A stretch of 64,000 nucleotides of DNA from Pseudomonadota bacterium (GTDB taxonomy: Bacteria > Pseudomonadota > Alphaproteobacteria > Rhizobiales > Beijerinckiaceae): assembly GCA_021813805.1 (NCBI GenBank), contig JAKAJL010000009.1, positions 27,594-91,593 on the forward strand, read 5' to 3'. How positions within the stretch are numbered: position 1 is the stretch's first letter; every line of letters begins with the position of its first letter. This document shows, one piece after another, positions 61,903 to 64,000 of this stretch. The notes beneath the pieces are model-generated. The model did no database searches. It had not been told where the DNA came from and worked only from the letters and a program-made list of their open reading frames with translations. The translations under genes were made by a program, and so were the position numbers.

Positions 61903-62186
61903 TTCTTTCGCTCCGCTTGCGGGACCGGTTTGAAGACAACACGCCGGTCGCGCCGGCTGTCCGGCCCGTTTTCGGCGGCAATCGGCGATTCGTCGCCGCG
62001 GCCTGCGGCGGCAAGTTTACGGGAATCAACGCCTTGTGCAACGAGCGCGGCGACGGCGGCGGCCCGCGCCGGTGAAAGCTCGATGTCGCGCCGGCTCGAC
62101 CTCTCACTGTCGGCATTGCCTGCGACCCTGTGAGCGTCGCCGCTTTCCCTCAGCGCGGCCTCCGGAGAAAGCCCGTCGAACGCCAT
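61899..62186 (-). pseudogene. Truncated/decayed OmpA-like peptidoglycan-binding domain gene
   Basis: VAGNAD...ELSPARAAAV...GV...GRGDESPIA...RDRRVVF; no signal peptide or N-terminal body. Confidence 0.65.
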
Positions 62187-62422
62187 CCGTTCAGCCGAAT
62201 CCGGACTCCCCGCTCTTTTCCAAGGCCGAAAAAAAGGGCGCGGCAAGAAGCGGCGCCGCGAAGTTTGCGCGCTTTTGCGGCCTGCCTTCGCTGTTGTTGA
62301 TCTGGCCCGAAGCCGCTTGCCGCGCGCCGCGCCCATGCCTTAGCATGTCGATAATTACGAATCCGAATGTTTCCGCCCTTGTGGATTCGGGCCCGAAATC
62401 GCTCCCCAGCCGGAAAGAACGA

Positions 62423-63868
62423 ATGGCGCATAGTTTTGTGACCCGCAAGACCATCAAGGATCTGCGCGATTGGAGCGACGGCGCATCCCATGGCGCCGGC
62501 TTGACCCGCAGTCTCGGCGTGGTCTCGCTGACGGCGCTCGGCATCGGCGCGATCATCGGGGTGGGGATTTTCGTGCTCACCGGCGCGGCGGCGGCGCGCT
62601 ATGCCGGCCCAGCCGTGGTCCTGTCCTTCGCGCTGGCCGGATTCGCCTGCGCCGTAGTCGCCTTGTGTTATGCGGAACTGGCGGCGCTGATCCCGGTTTC
62701 GGGGAGCACCTATTCCTATGTTTATGCGGCGCTCGGCGAGATTTTCGCCTGGATGATCGGTTGGGACCTGGTGCTGGAATACGCGATGGCCGCGGCCACC
62801 GTCGCGGTGGGCTGGTCCGGCTATCTGGTCAGCCTGCTGGCGAATATCGGTCTGCGTCTGCCGCCGCAGTTCACCGCCCCGCCCGGCGCCGCAACCAGCA
62901 TTCCTGGCGTCGTCGGCTTGGTCAATGTTCCCGCCGCCGCGATCGTCGCCGTCATCACCGGGCTGCTCATCCTCGGGACGCGGGAATCGTCGCGCGTCAA
63001 CAATGTGATGGTCGGCTTCAAGCTCGCGGTGGTGCTGATCGTCATTGTCGCCGGCGGGCTTCATGTCGTCCCCTCCCATTGGACGCCGTTCATTCCGCCG
63101 AACGCCGGCGAATTCGGCCATTTCGGGTTCAGCGGCGTGCTGCGCGGCGCGGCGGTGGTGTTTTTCGCCTATATCGGCTTCGACGCCGTCTCCACCGCGG
63201 CGCAGGAGGCGCATGAACCGCAGCGCACAGTTCCCATCGGCCTGATCGCCTCGCTCGCCATTTGCACGGTTCTTTATATCGCCGTGGCGGCTGTTCTGAC
63301 CGGCGTGGCGTCCTACAAGACGCTCAACCGTCCGGATCCTATCTCCGCCGTCATCGACGCCGTCGGGATGCCCTGGCTCGCCATCGCCGTCAAGATCGCG
63401 ATCATCGCCGGCCTGACCACGGTCATTCTGGTCCTGCTTTTCGGTCAGGCCCGCATCCTTTACGCCATGTCCAAGGACGGTTTCCTGCCGGGTTTTTTCG
63501 CGCGCATCCATCCCCGCTTCCACACCCCGGCGGGCAGCCAGGCCGTGATCGGTCTGGCCGTCGCCATCGTCGCCGGGCTGTTTCCCATCGATCTGCTCGG
63601 CGAACTGGTGAGCATCGGCACGCTCGCGGCTTTCGCCCTCGTGTGCATGGCGATCATCTATCTGCGGCGCAGCCATCCCGACGCCCACCGCCCCTTCCGC
63701 GTTCCGGGCTCGCCGGCGCTTCCCATCGTCGGCGTGCTCGCCTGCCTCGGCCTCATGGCGGGCTTGCCCTGGCAGACCTGGGCGCGGCTGTTGGTTTGGC
63801 TGGTGATCGGCATGACGCTATATCTGACCTACGGCCATCGCCACGCGCGCAATGGCGAAAAGTCTTGA
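62423..63868 (+). CDS. APC-family amino acid permease
   Basis: LGIGAIIG.GIF, AGPAV..SF, CYAELA, FAYIGFD, GTL.AF. Confidence 0.92.
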   Translation: MAHSFVTRKTIKDLRDWSDGASHGAGLTRSLGVVSLTALGIGAIIGVGIFVLTGAAAARYAGPAVVLSFALAGFACAVVALCYAELAALIPVSGSTYSYVYAALGEIFAWMIGWDLVLEYAMAAATVAVGWSGYLVSLLANIGLRLPPQFTAPPGAATSIPGVVGLVNVPAAAIVAVITGLLILGTRESSRVNNVMVGFKLAVVLIVIVAGGLHVVPSHWTPFIPPNAGEFGHFGFSGVLRGAAVVFFAYIGFDAVSTAAQEAHEPQRTVPIGLIASLAICTVLYIAVAAVLTGVASYKTLNRPDPISAVIDAVGMPWLAIAVKIAIIAGLTTVILVLLFGQARILYAMSKDGFLPGFFARIHPRFHTPAGSQAVIGLAVAIVAGLFPIDLLGELVSIGTLAAFALVCMAIIYLRRSHPDAHRPFRVPGSPALPIVGVLACLGLMAGLPWQTWARLLVWLVIGMTLYLTYGHRHARNGEKS

Positions 63869-64000
63869 ACCAGATCGACCGGAGCAATATTATTTTTCTC
63901 TGTGTATCTGGCGACGCTTTAGACCCGCGAGCAAGTTGAAATGAAAACTTACTTTTGAGGGGGTTTTCTATGTTCAGCCTGAGTTATGCAATGCTTGTGG

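Noticed and set aside
63970..64000. ORF start at the window edge after GAGGGGG
   Set aside because: Only 10 codons visible; cannot be supported or assigned.

Overview
GC-rich alphaproteobacterial chromosome segment, Hyphomicrobiales-like by gene content and regulatory motifs (an inference). The left part (~0.5-27 kb) is accessory-looking. It holds a WcaJ-type priming glycosyltransferase, glmM, a LuxR plus NusG/RfaH-paralogue cassette, FkbM and 2OG-Fe(II) enzymes, an internally deleted IS630, a type I secretion system with a 1104-aa beta-helix/Ig-repeat cargo, a hybrid kinase with a FixJ-like regulator, and a phosphate-chemistry module. That module is CYTH, a 650-aa protein with a DUF47/PhoU-like C-terminus, and a PPDK lacking the whole pyruvate-binding domain, behind a well-spaced FixK/FNR-type promoter. 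It is my best candidate for an undescribed system. The right part is mostly core (queE, smpB, dapA, slt, udg, NYN, megL, guaA, tgt, holB, tmk, dacA, rlpA, eno, queF, rnr). It also carries a VapBC-type TA pair, a lone AT-richer GIY-YIG nuclease, a sulfur-globule-like low-complexity secreted protein, candidate structured RNAs, and a Rab-like small GTPase coupled to a decayed OmpA-domain gene. No rRNA, tRNA or CRISPR array was recognised. All family calls come from motif recognition by eye; no searches were run.
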